64,000 bases of DNA, from positions 21,948 through 85,947 of the forward strand of contig JAMQGV010000012.1 of NCBI GenBank assembly GCA_025994075.1. Direction: 5' to 3'. Position numbers and translations under genes: made by a program. The notes beneath the pieces were generated by a model. It saw only the letters and a list, made by a program, of their open reading frames with translations. It did not search any database and was not told where the DNA came from. Each line of letters opens with the position of its first letter. The first letter of the stretch is position 1. Positions 1 through 10,621 of this stretch are shown one piece after another. The DNA is from Vicinamibacteria bacterium (lineage in GTDB: Bacteria; Acidobacteriota; Vicinamibacteria; Fen-336).

Positions 1-928
1 AAGCCTGCCACCTTGGCGGCGAAGGTGAAGAAGCCGACCAGGCCATAGGCTGCCGTGGGTGGCAGGAACGGCAGGCCGGTGTTCCAGCCGCCGAGGAACA
101 TGTTCACGCCCAGCGCCGAGATCGTGATCATGTTCACGTACTCGGCCATCTGCAGCAGCGCGAACTTCATCGACGAGTACTCGGTGTGGAAGCCGGCGAC
201 CAGCTCGGTCTCGGCCTCCGGCAGGTCGAACGGGGTGCGGTTGGCCTCGGCGGTGCCGGCGACCACGTAGACGAGGAAGGCCGGGAACACGACGAAGCAG
301 TTCCAGTTCCAGAACCAGCCGGCCTGGCCGGCGACGATGTCGGGCAGCCGGAACGAGCTGGTGACCAGGATCACCGGCACCCACGACAGGCCCAGCGCGA
401 GCTCGTAGCTGAACATCTGCGCCGAGGAGCGCAGCCCGCCCAGCAGCGCGTACTTGTTGTTGCTGGCCCAGCCCGCCATCACGATGCCGTACACGCCGAG
501 CGAGGACAGCGCGAACAGGTACAGGATGCCGACCTCGAGGTCGGCGATCTGCAGCTCGATCACCCGCCCCTGCAGCCACTCCGGCAGGAAGCCGAAGGCC
601 GGCACCGTGAGTGCGCCGCCGTAGGTGACGATTGCGGTCGACATGAAGGCGGTCGCCACCGCGACGGCGGGCGCCAGGACGAACAGCGGCTTGTTGGCGC
701 CGGCGGGGATGAACTCTTCCTTGAAGAAGAGCTTGATGCCGTCGGCGAAGGGCTGCAGGATGCCCTGCGGCCCCGTGCGGTTGGGGCCCAGCCGGAACTG
801 CATGAACGCCAGCACGCGGCGCTCGATCAGCGTGCAGAACGAGAAGACGATCAGCAGGCCGTGGGTGACGATGCCCACCACCAGCGCCTTCTCGATCAGT
901 TCCTGGATCAGCGGTGACATTCGTTCCT
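1..928 (-). CDS. nuoH: NADH-quinone oxidoreductase subunit H (NuoH/ND1); 3' end runs off the window
   Basis: Manual reverse-strand translation from the ATG at about 926-928 gives MSPLIQELIEKALVVGIVTHGLLIVF...GPQGILQPFADGIKLFFKEE...NNKYALLGGLRSSAQMFSYE, typical of NuoH. There is no stop before position 1. The ORF track omits it because it lacks a terminus inside the window. Confidence 0.85.
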
Positions 929-942
929 CGAAGGCGCCTCTT

Positions 943-2772
943 CTACGACGCGGGGACGGCCTGGCCCCTGGCCTCCAGCGCCAGGGCCTCCTCGAACGTC
1001 TTCGCCACCCGCGTCCAGCTCCCCTTGTTGCGCACGTAGTACTCGAACTCGGCGCGGAACTTCTGGAGCCCCGACTGCACCGGCGCGATCGCGGCGTCGC
1101 CGAACGGGCAGACGGTCTTGCCCGCGATCGAGTCGGTGATCTTCCACAGCAGGTCGAGGTCCTTCATGGTGCCTTCGCCGCGCTCGAGCTTCTCGAGCAG
1201 GCGCAGCATCCAGCCCGTGCCCTCGCGGCACGGCGTGCACTTGCCGCACGACTCGTGCTTGTAGAAGTAGGTCAGCTTGCGGGCCACGAACACCATCGAG
1301 GTCGAGTCGTCGACGACGATGGTGCCGGCCGAGCCGAGCATCGAGCCCTTCTGCGCCAGCCCGTCGAAGCTCATCGGCACGTCGATCTCGTCGGGCGTCA
1401 GCATCGGCGTCGACGACCCGCCGGGGATCACGGCCTTCAGCCTGCGCCCGGGCAGCAGGCCGCCCGCGTACTTCTCGTCGAAGATCAGCTCGCGCAGGCT
1501 GAGCTTGCCCATCCCGGTCTCGTACGTGCCGGGGCGCTTGACGTGGCCGGAGATGCAGTAGAGCTTGGGCCCGCCGTTCTTCTCGACGCCCTGGGCCGCG
1601 AACCACTCGGCGCCGCGGTCGAGGATCAGCGGCACGCAGGCGATGGTCTCGACGTTGTTGACGATCGTCGGGCAGCCGTAGAGGCCGACCACCGCCGGGA
1701 ACGGCGGCTTGATGCGCGGCTGGCCGCGCTTGCCCTCGAGCGACTCGATCAGCGCCGTCTCTTCGCCGCACTCGTAGGCGCCCGCGCCGCCGTGGACGAA
1801 GACGTCGACGTCGACGCCGGTGCCGAGGATGTTCTTTCCGAGGTAGCCCGCCGCGTAGGCCTCCGCGACGGCCTTCTCCATCGTGCGGATGCCTTCCCAG
1901 AACTCGCCGCGGATGTAGATGTAGCAGGTCTTGCTGCGCAGCGCGTGGGTCGAGACCACGCAGGCCTCGATCAACTGGTGGGGATCGTTCTCGAGGATCA
2001 GCCGGTCCTTGTAGGTGCCCGGCTCCGACTCGTCGGCGTTGACGACCAGGTAGCGTGGCTTCGGGTTGTCCTTGGGCAGGAACGACCACTTGAGGCCGGT
2101 CGGGAAGCCGGCGCCGCCGCGGCCGCGCAGGTTCGACTTCTTGACCTCCTCGATGATGTCGTCGGGCGAGCGCTTCAGCCACTCGCCGAGCTTCGCGTAG
2201 CCGCCGCCCGCCTTGTAGACGTCGATCGAGGTCGAGTTCGGCTTGAAGGCGTTGCGCAGCAGGACGGGGTCGCCCGCGCTCTTCGGCCAGTCGAACTTGC
2301 GGTGCACGTGCTCGCCGGCCAGCACCCGGTCCATGTCCTCGAGCGTGCAGTTCTCCAGCCACTCGCCGTTGATCTGCACGGCCGGGCCGCCGCCGCAGGC
2401 CGCGAGGCACTCGACGCGGGTGACGGTGAACTTGCCGTCCGCCGAGCGCTCGCCTTCCCTGACGCCCAGCTTCTTGCAGGCGTGCTCGACGAGCTGGTCG
2501 GCGCCGGCCAGCGCGCACGACAGGTTCGTGCACACCTCGATGTGGCGCTCGCCGAAGGGCTGGAAGCGGAACATCACGTAGTACGAGGCGGTGTCGTGGA
2601 CCTGGGCGGGGGTCAGGTCGAGCAGCGAGGCGACGTAGGCGATCGTCTCCTTCGACAGCCAGCCCTCCTGCTCCTGCGCGAGGTGCAGCGCGGGCAGCAG
2701 CGCCGAGCGCTTGACGGGATAGCGCTTCAGGATCTCGTCGAACTTCGCCTTGCGTTCCGGCGTGAACTCCAT
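943..2772 (-). CDS. nuoEF: Fused NADH dehydrogenase subunits E and F (NuoE 24 kDa 2Fe-2S module + NuoF 51 kDa FMN/NADH module)
   Basis: 609 aa. The N-terminal ~160 aa carry the NuoE Cys pattern (CTNLSC...CLAACGGGP). The remainder is NuoF (GGYAKL, LRGRGGAGFPTGLKW, C-terminal 4Fe-4S cysteines CGKCTPCREG). Lies 14 nt upstream of nuoH. Confidence 0.85.
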   Translation of the reverse strand: MEFTPERKAKFDEILKRYPVKRSALLPALHLAQEQEGWLSKETIAYVASLLDLTPAQVHDTASYYVMFRFQPFGERHIEVCTNLSCALAGADQLVEHACKKLGVREGERSADGKFTVTRVECLAACGGGPAVQINGEWLENCTLEDMDRVLAGEHVHRKFDWPKSAGDPVLLRNAFKPNSTSIDVYKAGGGYAKLGEWLKRSPDDIIEEVKKSNLRGRGGAGFPTGLKWSFLPKDNPKPRYLVVNADESEPGTYKDRLILENDPHQLIEACVVSTHALRSKTCYIYIRGEFWEGIRTMEKAVAEAYAAGYLGKNILGTGVDVDVFVHGGAGAYECGEETALIESLEGKRGQPRIKPPFPAVVGLYGCPTIVNNVETIACVPLILDRGAEWFAAQGVEKNGGPKLYCISGHVKRPGTYETGMGKLSLRELIFDEKYAGGLLPGRRLKAVIPGGSSTPMLTPDEIDVPMSFDGLAQKGSMLGSAGTIVVDDSTSMVFVARKLTYFYKHESCGKCTPCREGTGWMLRLLEKLERGEGTMKDLDLLWKITDSIAGKTVCPFGDAAIAPVQSGLQKFRAEFEYYVRNKGSWTRVAKTFEEALALEARGQAVPAS

Positions 2773-2803
2773 GTCTCCCCTTCTCGAAGACGAAAGGCGC
2801 CGC

Positions 2804-3157
2804 CTACCAGTCCAGCGCGCCGACCTTCCAGGCGTAGGTGAAACCGCCGCCCAGCAGCGTCATGAACACCAGCATCTCGACGAAGCCGAACCAGCCGAGC
2901 TGCGGGTAGATCAGCGCCCACGGGTAGAGGAAGGCGGCGTCCACGTCGAGCAGGATGAAGATCATGCAGACGAGGTAGAACTTGATCGGGAAGCGCTCGC
3001 GGGCGGTGCCGATCGCCGGCATGCCGCACTCGTACACCGCGGCCTTGGCCTCGGTGGGGCGCGGCCGCCCCAGCAGGTGCGAGACGACGATCGTGAAGGC
3101 GGCGAAACCGACCGCGAACACGGCGAGGATCAGGATGGGGACGTAGACGGGCAGCAT
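2804..3157 (-). CDS. nuoA: NADH-quinone oxidoreductase subunit A (NuoA/ND3)
   Basis: 117 aa, three TM helices, MLPVYVPILILAVFAV...FPIKFYLVCMIFILLDVDAAFLYPWA. 31 nt gap to nuoEF. Confidence 0.85.
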   Translation of the reverse strand: MLPVYVPILILAVFAVGFAAFTIVVSHLLGRPRPTEAKAAVYECGMPAIGTARERFPIKFYLVCMIFILLDVDAAFLYPWALIYPQLGWFGFVEMLVFMTLLGGGFTYAWKVGALDW

Positions 3158-3190
3158 GTTCGGGATCCTGTCGGGCCTCGCTCCGGGAGC

Positions 3191-3209
3191 CCGCGCGGGA
3201 CGCGCGCGG
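3191..3209. promoter_or_regulatory. GC palindrome CCGCGCG-GGACG-CGCGCGG, 34 nt upstream of the nuoA start, in the 278-nt divergent intergenic region
   Basis: Perfect 7-bp inverted repeat read directly from the sequence. Possible operator or 5'-UTR hairpin. Confidence 0.2.
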
Positions 3210-3628
3210 ACAACACCTGCGGCCCCGTTTTGACGGCCGCGCGACTATAGCCGCCGGTTCTTCGGGGTGTCAACGTGGGGACGTGGGCGTCGCTCCCCCG
3301 GCAGCCGCGCCCGGAACTCGGTCCGGGCCGAGTCGTTGCCTCCCGGCGTCCGCGTCCTTCTGCGCGATCTCGGAGAGCAACCTCGCGTCCAGTAGGTCGG
3401 GGCCTGGATGCATCGTAAGCGGCTTAAGATTGGACATGGACCCGGTGCGGCACTACCTCGCGGAGATCGGGCGGCGCGGAGGGCAGCGCAGCCGGCGCGA
3501 GCTCGATCCCGAGACCGCCCGCCGGATGGTGCTCGTGCGGGAGGCGCGGCGCGCGTTCCGGCGGTTCCACGCTCGGTGCTTCTGTCGGGCGCGACGAGCC
3601 GCGCGACTACATCGACATCCACGAGGCG

Positions 3629-3976
3629 ATGGCGGGCATCCTGCCGCTGGGCGCGCTGTGCTGGGCCGCGTCGAGCAAGGACCCGGGCTACACGCCCGCG
3701 CTGCTGCTCGACCTGCTGCGGCGACGCGGCCGCTATCGCCCCGAAGACTTCGCGCGCCTCGCGCTGACCAGCCCCGTGGACCTGCCCGCGCTCAAGCGCC
3801 GCTGGCTCGAGGCGCTGGACGGCGCCCTGCGCTTCCTCGCCTCGCGCGACCCGGACGAGGTCGGCTGCCTCTACTACTCCCCAGCCGAGGCCCGCTTTGT
3901 CGAGCCCGCGCCGGGCCAGCAGGTGCTCCCCCACTTCGGCCGCCCGGGCGGTGTCTTGCCGGTCGTCGTCAGCTGA
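3629..3976 (+). CDS. Hypothetical protein (115 aa), possibly the C-terminal part of a frameshifted longer gene starting at ATG 3436
   Basis: Non-biased composition (MAGILPLGALCWAASSKDPGYTPALLLDLL...). An upstream segment in the +1 frame (3436-~3580, MDPVRHYLAEIGRRGGQRSRRELDPETARRMVLVREARRAF) also looks protein-like. Confidence 0.35.
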   Translation: MAGILPLGALCWAASSKDPGYTPALLLDLLRRRGRYRPEDFARLALTSPVDLPALKRRWLEALDGALRFLASRDPDEVGCLYYSPAEARFVEPAPGQQVLPHFGRPGGVLPVVVS

Positions 3977-4001
3977 GCGCCGATATACTCGGCGGCAAGC
4001 C

Positions 4002-5414
<1,413 letters not shown>

Positions 5415-5450
5415 TCGCCCACGGGGGCCAGAAGCCGCGCCGGCGCCTGC

Positions 5451-5456
5451 TATATT
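5451..5456 (+). promoter_or_regulatory. Candidate -10 box TATATT, 35 nt upstream of the ATG at 5491
   Basis: AT-rich hexamer in otherwise ~70% GC DNA. A Shine-Dalgarno-like GGGGGTG sits 2 nt before the ATG. Confidence 0.25.
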
Positions 5457-5490
5457 CCCCGCAATCCATCCAGCCGAGTGCGGGGGTGCC

Positions 5491-7380
5491 ATGGCCCTAT
5501 TCGGGAAGAAGAAGATCCGTCTGTCAACCAATGCCCCGCGGCACTGGCCGGCGATGGAGACGGATTCCTGGAGCGCCGACCAGGCTTCGCTCAACTACCT
5601 GTTCCTGGGGGCGACACTGGCCAAGGCGTTGCCCGGCGCCAGGATCTCCTTCCTGCAACGCCGTCTCCACGACGACGGCGTCCTCGACATCCCGTTGCTA
5701 GTCGAGGAAGACGGGCAGCGCACGGCCGTTTTCGCGTACGCGACGGCCGACGCCGAGTCTGCCGCGTCCTACTCAGGTGCCCGAGCGGCGCTGCGCCAGC
5801 GCGAGGGACTGAACGCCGTCTACTACGCTCCCGCGCCGATCGCCCCCGCGAAGCCGGCCGCCGCGATCCGCCCGCTCCAGCTCGTCGACTTCGTCAGCCC
5901 GGATCAGCCACAGGGGGTGACGGAGTACGCCGCCTGGTGGCCGGCGGAGGCCGATCCGGCGCTCGCGCAATCGCCCGCACTGGGCGCGCTCGATCGCTGG
6001 TTCGCGGCGGTCGACGGCTGCGGCTCCGTGGTCTTCTCGACCTTCCTCTCCGTGCTTGAGCTGGCCGAGGAGAAGGGCGGCCCGCAGCTCTTCGCGCTGC
6101 CCGAGAAGCCGCTCGGCATCCCGCTCGTGGGCCCCGAGGATCTCGCCGTGTGCCTGCACGCGTCCGCGGACGAGGGCCTGTGGTTCGCGGTCGACGTCGC
6201 TGGCGACCCGCTCATCCGCAACCGCCTGCTCGCGCACCTCGCCACGCTCGCGGAGGGTCTGAAGAAGGAGATCGCGGCCGGCGGTCACTCGCCTCGGCCC
6301 GAGGACCGGCAGGGCCGCGCGTTCTGGCAGGCCGCCCGCGCCGACGCCCTGAGCAAGGAGGCCGGCGGCGGCACGGGACTGCGCGTGTTGTGCCTGGCCG
6401 GAGCCAGGCGGTTCCCCGGCGCCTCCACCGAGGACGAGCGACGCGCGGCAGCGGCGGCGACGAGCGCGGGCCCGGCGGCCGCGCCGCCGCGGACGGCGAG
6501 CGGCGCGAGCGCCCCCCCTTCCGACGCGGCCGTGGACTTCGGCTTCGAGCAGATGGATCGCGCATTCGCCGAGATGGCGCGGCGCGTCGCCGACGCTTCC
6601 GCCGCGGAGGGCGACCCGGCCCTGCATCCGTTCCTCTGCGTGCGGCGGGGTGAGAGCGAGTGGAAGACGACGTTCCACTACTGCCTGCAGCACGAGGTGA
6701 TTGCGCTCGCCGCAAGCCGGATCCACGACGACGGCGCACCCGACCTGGTCGCGACGGTCGCCGACGCCTACCTGCGCGAGGGCGAGACGCGGTCGGACGC
6801 GCTGTTCGTGCAGGTCGAGGCCGCGGGCGTCGGCGTCGGCCACGTCTTCGCCCAGCGCTACGCGGGCCGTCCGCCGGCGCCGAGCGGGCGGCCGGTGCTC
6901 GTGGGCACGGCCGAGTCCCTGCTCGCCGCCGGGCCGCGGCCCGCGCCGGCGGACGCGGGCACGGCGGAGCTCGCTGGCGAGTGCGTCGCCACGACGCTGG
7001 AATGGGTCCGCATCGGCGACCCGACAGGGCTGGAGCTCTACCAGGCGGGCGAGCCGCTGTTTTCCCCGTCCGCAATCCTGGTCCAGGGCCAGCGCCGGGG
7101 GTTGCAGCGCTTCGCCTCCGGCGGGCTGGCGTGGGCACTGGGGGCCTGTCGCCAAGCGCTGGCGGAGGAGCCCGAAGTCGAAGCCGTGGCCTTCGTTTGC
7201 GACGACGTGCGCGAGCGCGACGGGCGCTTCGATCGCGGCTGGCGCGTGCAGGTCCAGCGCCGGGGCGGCCCCGCGGTCGAATACCGGCAAGCCTACGAGG
7301 AGCCGGCGCCGGGCCGCGAGTTCACGCTGCGAGGAGAGCTGCAGCCCGTCGGGATCGTGGAGTCGTTGTTCCCGGGCTGA
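5491..7380 (+). CDS. Hypothetical two-domain protein (629 aa) with no recognisable family
   Basis: Long ORF of diverse composition with a strong RBS. N-domain ~1-300 and C-domain ~345-629 are separated by an Ala/Pro/Ser-rich linker (RRAAAAATSAGPAAAPPRTASGASAPPSD). No signal peptide. Monocistronic, between pyk and a convergent peptidase. Confidence 0.6.
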   Translation: MALFGKKKIRLSTNAPRHWPAMETDSWSADQASLNYLFLGATLAKALPGARISFLQRRLHDDGVLDIPLLVEEDGQRTAVFAYATADAESAASYSGARAALRQREGLNAVYYAPAPIAPAKPAAAIRPLQLVDFVSPDQPQGVTEYAAWWPAEADPALAQSPALGALDRWFAAVDGCGSVVFSTFLSVLELAEEKGGPQLFALPEKPLGIPLVGPEDLAVCLHASADEGLWFAVDVAGDPLIRNRLLAHLATLAEGLKKEIAAGGHSPRPEDRQGRAFWQAARADALSKEAGGGTGLRVLCLAGARRFPGASTEDERRAAAAATSAGPAAAPPRTASGASAPPSDAAVDFGFEQMDRAFAEMARRVADASAAEGDPALHPFLCVRRGESEWKTTFHYCLQHEVIALAASRIHDDGAPDLVATVADAYLREGETRSDALFVQVEAAGVGVGHVFAQRYAGRPPAPSGRPVLVGTAESLLAAGPRPAPADAGTAELAGECVATTLEWVRIGDPTGLELYQAGEPLFSPSAILVQGQRRGLQRFASGGLAWALGACRQALAEEPEVEAVAFVCDDVRERDGRFDRGWRVQVQRRGGPAVEYRQAYEEPAPGREFTLRGELQPVGIVESLFPG

Positions 7381-7383
7381 TTC

Positions 7384-9207
7384 CTACTTCACCACCGCGT
7401 CGAGGGTGCCGACCGCGATCGGGTGGTAGGTCGGGCGGGCCTTCGCGTAGATCGCGCGAGCCAGCGGCGCCGTCGACTCCTTCTCCATCAGCGCCGCGTA
7501 GATCGGGGTCAGGAACTTGCGGCGGCCGAGCGAGCACAGGAACTGCTCGAGCGCCGCGAAGCCCGGCTCCCAGCCGTTGCGCGCAACGTGCATCAGGAAG
7601 TCGAATCGGACCTCGTTGTTGCCCGCCTTCGAGAACCCGAAGGCGTCCTCGAGCACCTGCATCTGCGCCGCCGTCATCGGCCGCGGCAGGTTCTCGACGA
7701 AGTCCTGCCACTCGGGACTCGACCAGTCGCGCTTGACGAGGTCGAGCGAGCCGTCCCTCGCGAACGCCTCGGCCGCCGCGTGCGTCCGCGCGAAACGCTC
7801 CGAGCGCGCGGGCACCAGGTTCGACGGCAGCCCGGGCTCGAACACCCACTCCTGCACCTGCGCGTCGCCCCACGCCGCCTCGTCGCCCGCGAACAGGTCG
7901 CGCTTCAGGATCTCGAGGAACCGCCCGGTCGTCATGTTGCCGAAACGGTGCGACTGGAAGTAGCCCTTGAGGAACGCGTCGAAGCGCTCGCGCCCGAAGC
8001 GGGCCTCCAGCATGCGCAGGAACGAGGCGCCCTTGTCGTAGGCGATCGGGCCGACCAGGTCGTCCGGGTCCTTGCCCTCGAGGTTCGCGTAGAGGATGGT
8101 GCCCGCCGCGTCCTCCTTCAGCATCTCCTCGACGGTGGTGCCCAGCTCGCGCAGCGAGAGGCTCAGCTCCATCTCCGCGAACTCCGCACCGTACAGCGCC
8201 TCGACGATGCGGCCCTCGATGTACGAGGTGAAGCCCTCGTTGAGCCAGAAGTCGCTCCAGGTCGCGTTGGTCACCAGGTTGCCGGACCAGGAGTGGGCCA
8301 GCTCGTGGGCCAGCAGCGCGACCAGGCTCTTGTCGCCGGCCAGGATGGTCGGCGTGGCGAAGGTGAGGCGCGGATTCTCCATGCCGCCGAACGGGAACGA
8401 CGGCGGCAGCACGATCGTGTCCCAGCGGCCCCAGTCGTAGGCGCCGTAGATCGCCTCGGTCGTCTCGACCATCTTCTCGACGTCCTCGAACTCCTTCGCG
8501 GCCTTCGGCAGCACGGCCGGCTCGGCGTAGACACCGGTGCGCGGCCCGATCGCCTGGAACGCGATCTCGCCCGCCGCCAGCGCGATCAGGTACGGCGGCA
8601 CCGGCTGCGGCATGCGGAAGCGGAACACGCCCTGGGCTGGATCGTGTGCGCCGCCTTCAGCGCCCATCACGACCGTGAAGCCGCGGCCCGCGGGCACACG
8701 CACGACCGCCTCGAACGTCTGCCGCACGCCGGGGCTGTCCATCGTCGGGATCCACGAGCGGGCGTGCAGCGCCTGGCTCTGGGTGAACAGGAACGGCAGC
8801 TTGCCCGACGTGGTCTGGCGCGGCTCGAGCCACTGCAGCGCCGTGGCACCGGGGGCGGTCGCGTAGGCGACCTTCACCTTCCCGGGCCGCGGCGAAGGCA
8901 GCGTGATCCGCAGCCGCTCGCCGAGGATCGGGTCCGCCGGCCCGCGCTCGAAGGCGAGCGGTTTCCCCGCCGCCGTCACCGCCTCGACCAGCAGCCCGCG
9001 GCTGTCGAGGTCGAGCACGGTCGCCTCGCTGCCGTCGTCGGCGTACGCGAGCGTCAGCTCGCAGGTGCCGCGCAGGGTCTTCTTCTCGAAGTCGAGCTCG
9101 AGGTCGAGCGCGAGGTGGGTCGGCCGCACGACCGCGGCGTTGCCGAAGGAGTGGATGTCGGGAGACGCCGCGGAGGCGGCGAACACGGCGGCGGCGAGCG
9201 GGGACAT
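7384..9207 (-). CDS. M1-family zinc aminopeptidase (aminopeptidase N / LTA4-hydrolase-like), probably secreted
   Basis: GGMENP exopeptidase motif and HELAHSWSGN...E zinc motif. Hydrophobic N-terminus. Confidence 0.85.
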   Translation of the reverse strand: MSPLAAAVFAASAASPDIHSFGNAAVVRPTHLALDLELDFEKKTLRGTCELTLAYADDGSEATVLDLDSRGLLVEAVTAAGKPLAFERGPADPILGERLRITLPSPRPGKVKVAYATAPGATALQWLEPRQTTSGKLPFLFTQSQALHARSWIPTMDSPGVRQTFEAVVRVPAGRGFTVVMGAEGGAHDPAQGVFRFRMPQPVPPYLIALAAGEIAFQAIGPRTGVYAEPAVLPKAAKEFEDVEKMVETTEAIYGAYDWGRWDTIVLPPSFPFGGMENPRLTFATPTILAGDKSLVALLAHELAHSWSGNLVTNATWSDFWLNEGFTSYIEGRIVEALYGAEFAEMELSLSLRELGTTVEEMLKEDAAGTILYANLEGKDPDDLVGPIAYDKGASFLRMLEARFGRERFDAFLKGYFQSHRFGNMTTGRFLEILKRDLFAGDEAAWGDAQVQEWVFEPGLPSNLVPARSERFARTHAAAEAFARDGSLDLVKRDWSSPEWQDFVENLPRPMTAAQMQVLEDAFGFSKAGNNEVRFDFLMHVARNGWEPGFAALEQFLCSLGRRKFLTPIYAALMEKESTAPLARAIYAKARPTYHPIAVGTLDAVVK

Positions 9208-9277
9208 CGGGGGACCTCCAGGGTGATTCCGCGGCCGCGGGACCGTGGGGCCCGCGGCCGCGGCGCGACGACTCGAG

Positions 9278-10612
9278 CTACAGCCCGGCGAAGCTGACGC
9301 CGTCGAACACCAGCGTCGGCGTGCGCAGCGTCGAGTACGGGTACGGGTCGTTGCCGACCGCGACCAGGTGCTTCCACAGCTCGAGCTGGTTGCCCGAGAT
9401 GTTCATTTCCGCGACCGGCTCGCCCAGCGCGCCGCCGCGGATCACGAAGCCCTGGACGCCCAGCGAGTAGTCGCCGGTCGTGGCGTTCGAGTTGCCGCCC
9501 AGGAAGCCCGTGACGTAGATGCCCTCGCCCGCGGCGCGGATCAGCTCCTCGCGCGAGCGCTCGCCGAGCCGCCACGACAGGTTGGACATGCCACCCGTCG
9601 TCGGCGCCATGTTCAGCTTCTTGCCGTAGTAGGTGTCGATGAAGTACGTGCGCAGCACGCCGTCCTCGAACACCGGGCGCTCCTTCGCGGCCAGCCCCTC
9701 GCCGTCGAACAGCCGCGAGCCGAAGCCCTTGGGCACGAACGGGTCGTCGCTGACGTGCAGCAGCTTCGAGCCGATCGCCTGGCCCAGCTTGCCCTCGAGG
9801 AACGAGCGCTTCTGCTGCAGCGCCTGGCCCGACAGCGGCCCGCCCAGCGCGCCGACCAGGCGGCCGGCGACCCGGTTGTCGAGCACCATCGTCATCGACT
9901 TCGAGGCGACCTTCTTGGCGCCGAGGCGCGACAGCGCGCGCTCGGCCGCGATCCGCCCGTGCTCGGCGGCCGCGGGCAGTTCGCCGACGAAGCGCACGCC
10001 GGCGAACGAACTGTCGGAGGGGCGGCGGCCGTCCGCGTCCTTGACCGCCACCTCGGCGCCGATGAAGAACGTGGTCTCGACGCGGTCGCCGCTGAAGCCG
10101 TTGGAGGCGATGCGCACCGACTCGGTACGGTTGTCGTTGAAGCCGGAACTGACGGAGAGGATCGCCTCGGCGCCCCTGACCGCGCGCGCCGCGTCCTCCA
10201 TCTCCTTCGAGAGGGTGCGCCGTTTCTCGGCGCTCACCGTCAGGTACGCCGGGTCCTCGATCTGGAGGTCCATCTCGCGGCGCCCCGCGTACAGCGCGGG
10301 GTCGGGCAGCGCGCGGTGCGGGTCGGGTGCCAGGGAACGGGTCATCACGACCGAGTCGGCGATGAAGGTCTCGAGCGCGTCGCGGCGCAGGTCGGAGGAA
10401 GAGACCGCCGCGTAGCGGCCGTCGACGTAGAGGGCGAGGCTGACGCCGCGCGTCGTCGACTCCTGCACCTGCTCGACCTTGCCGTCGCGCCAGCGCACCT
10501 CCACGTCGCGCGACTTGGCCGCCCGCGCCGCCGCGGCCGAGGCGCCCTTCTTCAGCGCCAAGTCGACCGCGAGCTGCGCGACCTCGTAGAGCTCCGGGGA
10601 AGCCTTGCTCAT
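9278..10612 (-). CDS. tldE: TldE/PmbA-family metallopeptidase component
   Basis: 444 aa, PmbA_TldD fold, conserved C-terminal region (...GFVIRGGALGEPV...). 9 nt downstream of tldD. No signal peptide. Confidence 0.85.
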   Translation of the reverse strand: MSKASPELYEVAQLAVDLALKKGASAAAARAAKSRDVEVRWRDGKVEQVQESTTRGVSLALYVDGRYAAVSSSDLRRDALETFIADSVVMTRSLAPDPHRALPDPALYAGRREMDLQIEDPAYLTVSAEKRRTLSKEMEDAARAVRGAEAILSVSSGFNDNRTESVRIASNGFSGDRVETTFFIGAEVAVKDADGRRPSDSSFAGVRFVGELPAAAEHGRIAAERALSRLGAKKVASKSMTMVLDNRVAGRLVGALGGPLSGQALQQKRSFLEGKLGQAIGSKLLHVSDDPFVPKGFGSRLFDGEGLAAKERPVFEDGVLRTYFIDTYYGKKLNMAPTTGGMSNLSWRLGERSREELIRAAGEGIYVTGFLGGNSNATTGDYSLGVQGFVIRGGALGEPVAEMNISGNQLELWKHLVAVGNDPYPYSTLRTPTLVFDGVSFAGL

Positions 10613-10621
10613 GGCGCCCTC

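Noticed and set aside
186-917. Several + strand ORFs (55..270, 186..917, 625..2841) over the nuo genes
   Set aside because: They are antisense to nuoH/nuoEF, which have unambiguous homology, and their composition is dominated by R/A/G/D/E.
3230-3251. TTGACG ... TATAGC promoter-like hexamers upstream of the 3436 ORF
   Set aside because: The spacer is only 10 nt (17 +/- 1 expected), so it is not a credible sigma-70 promoter.
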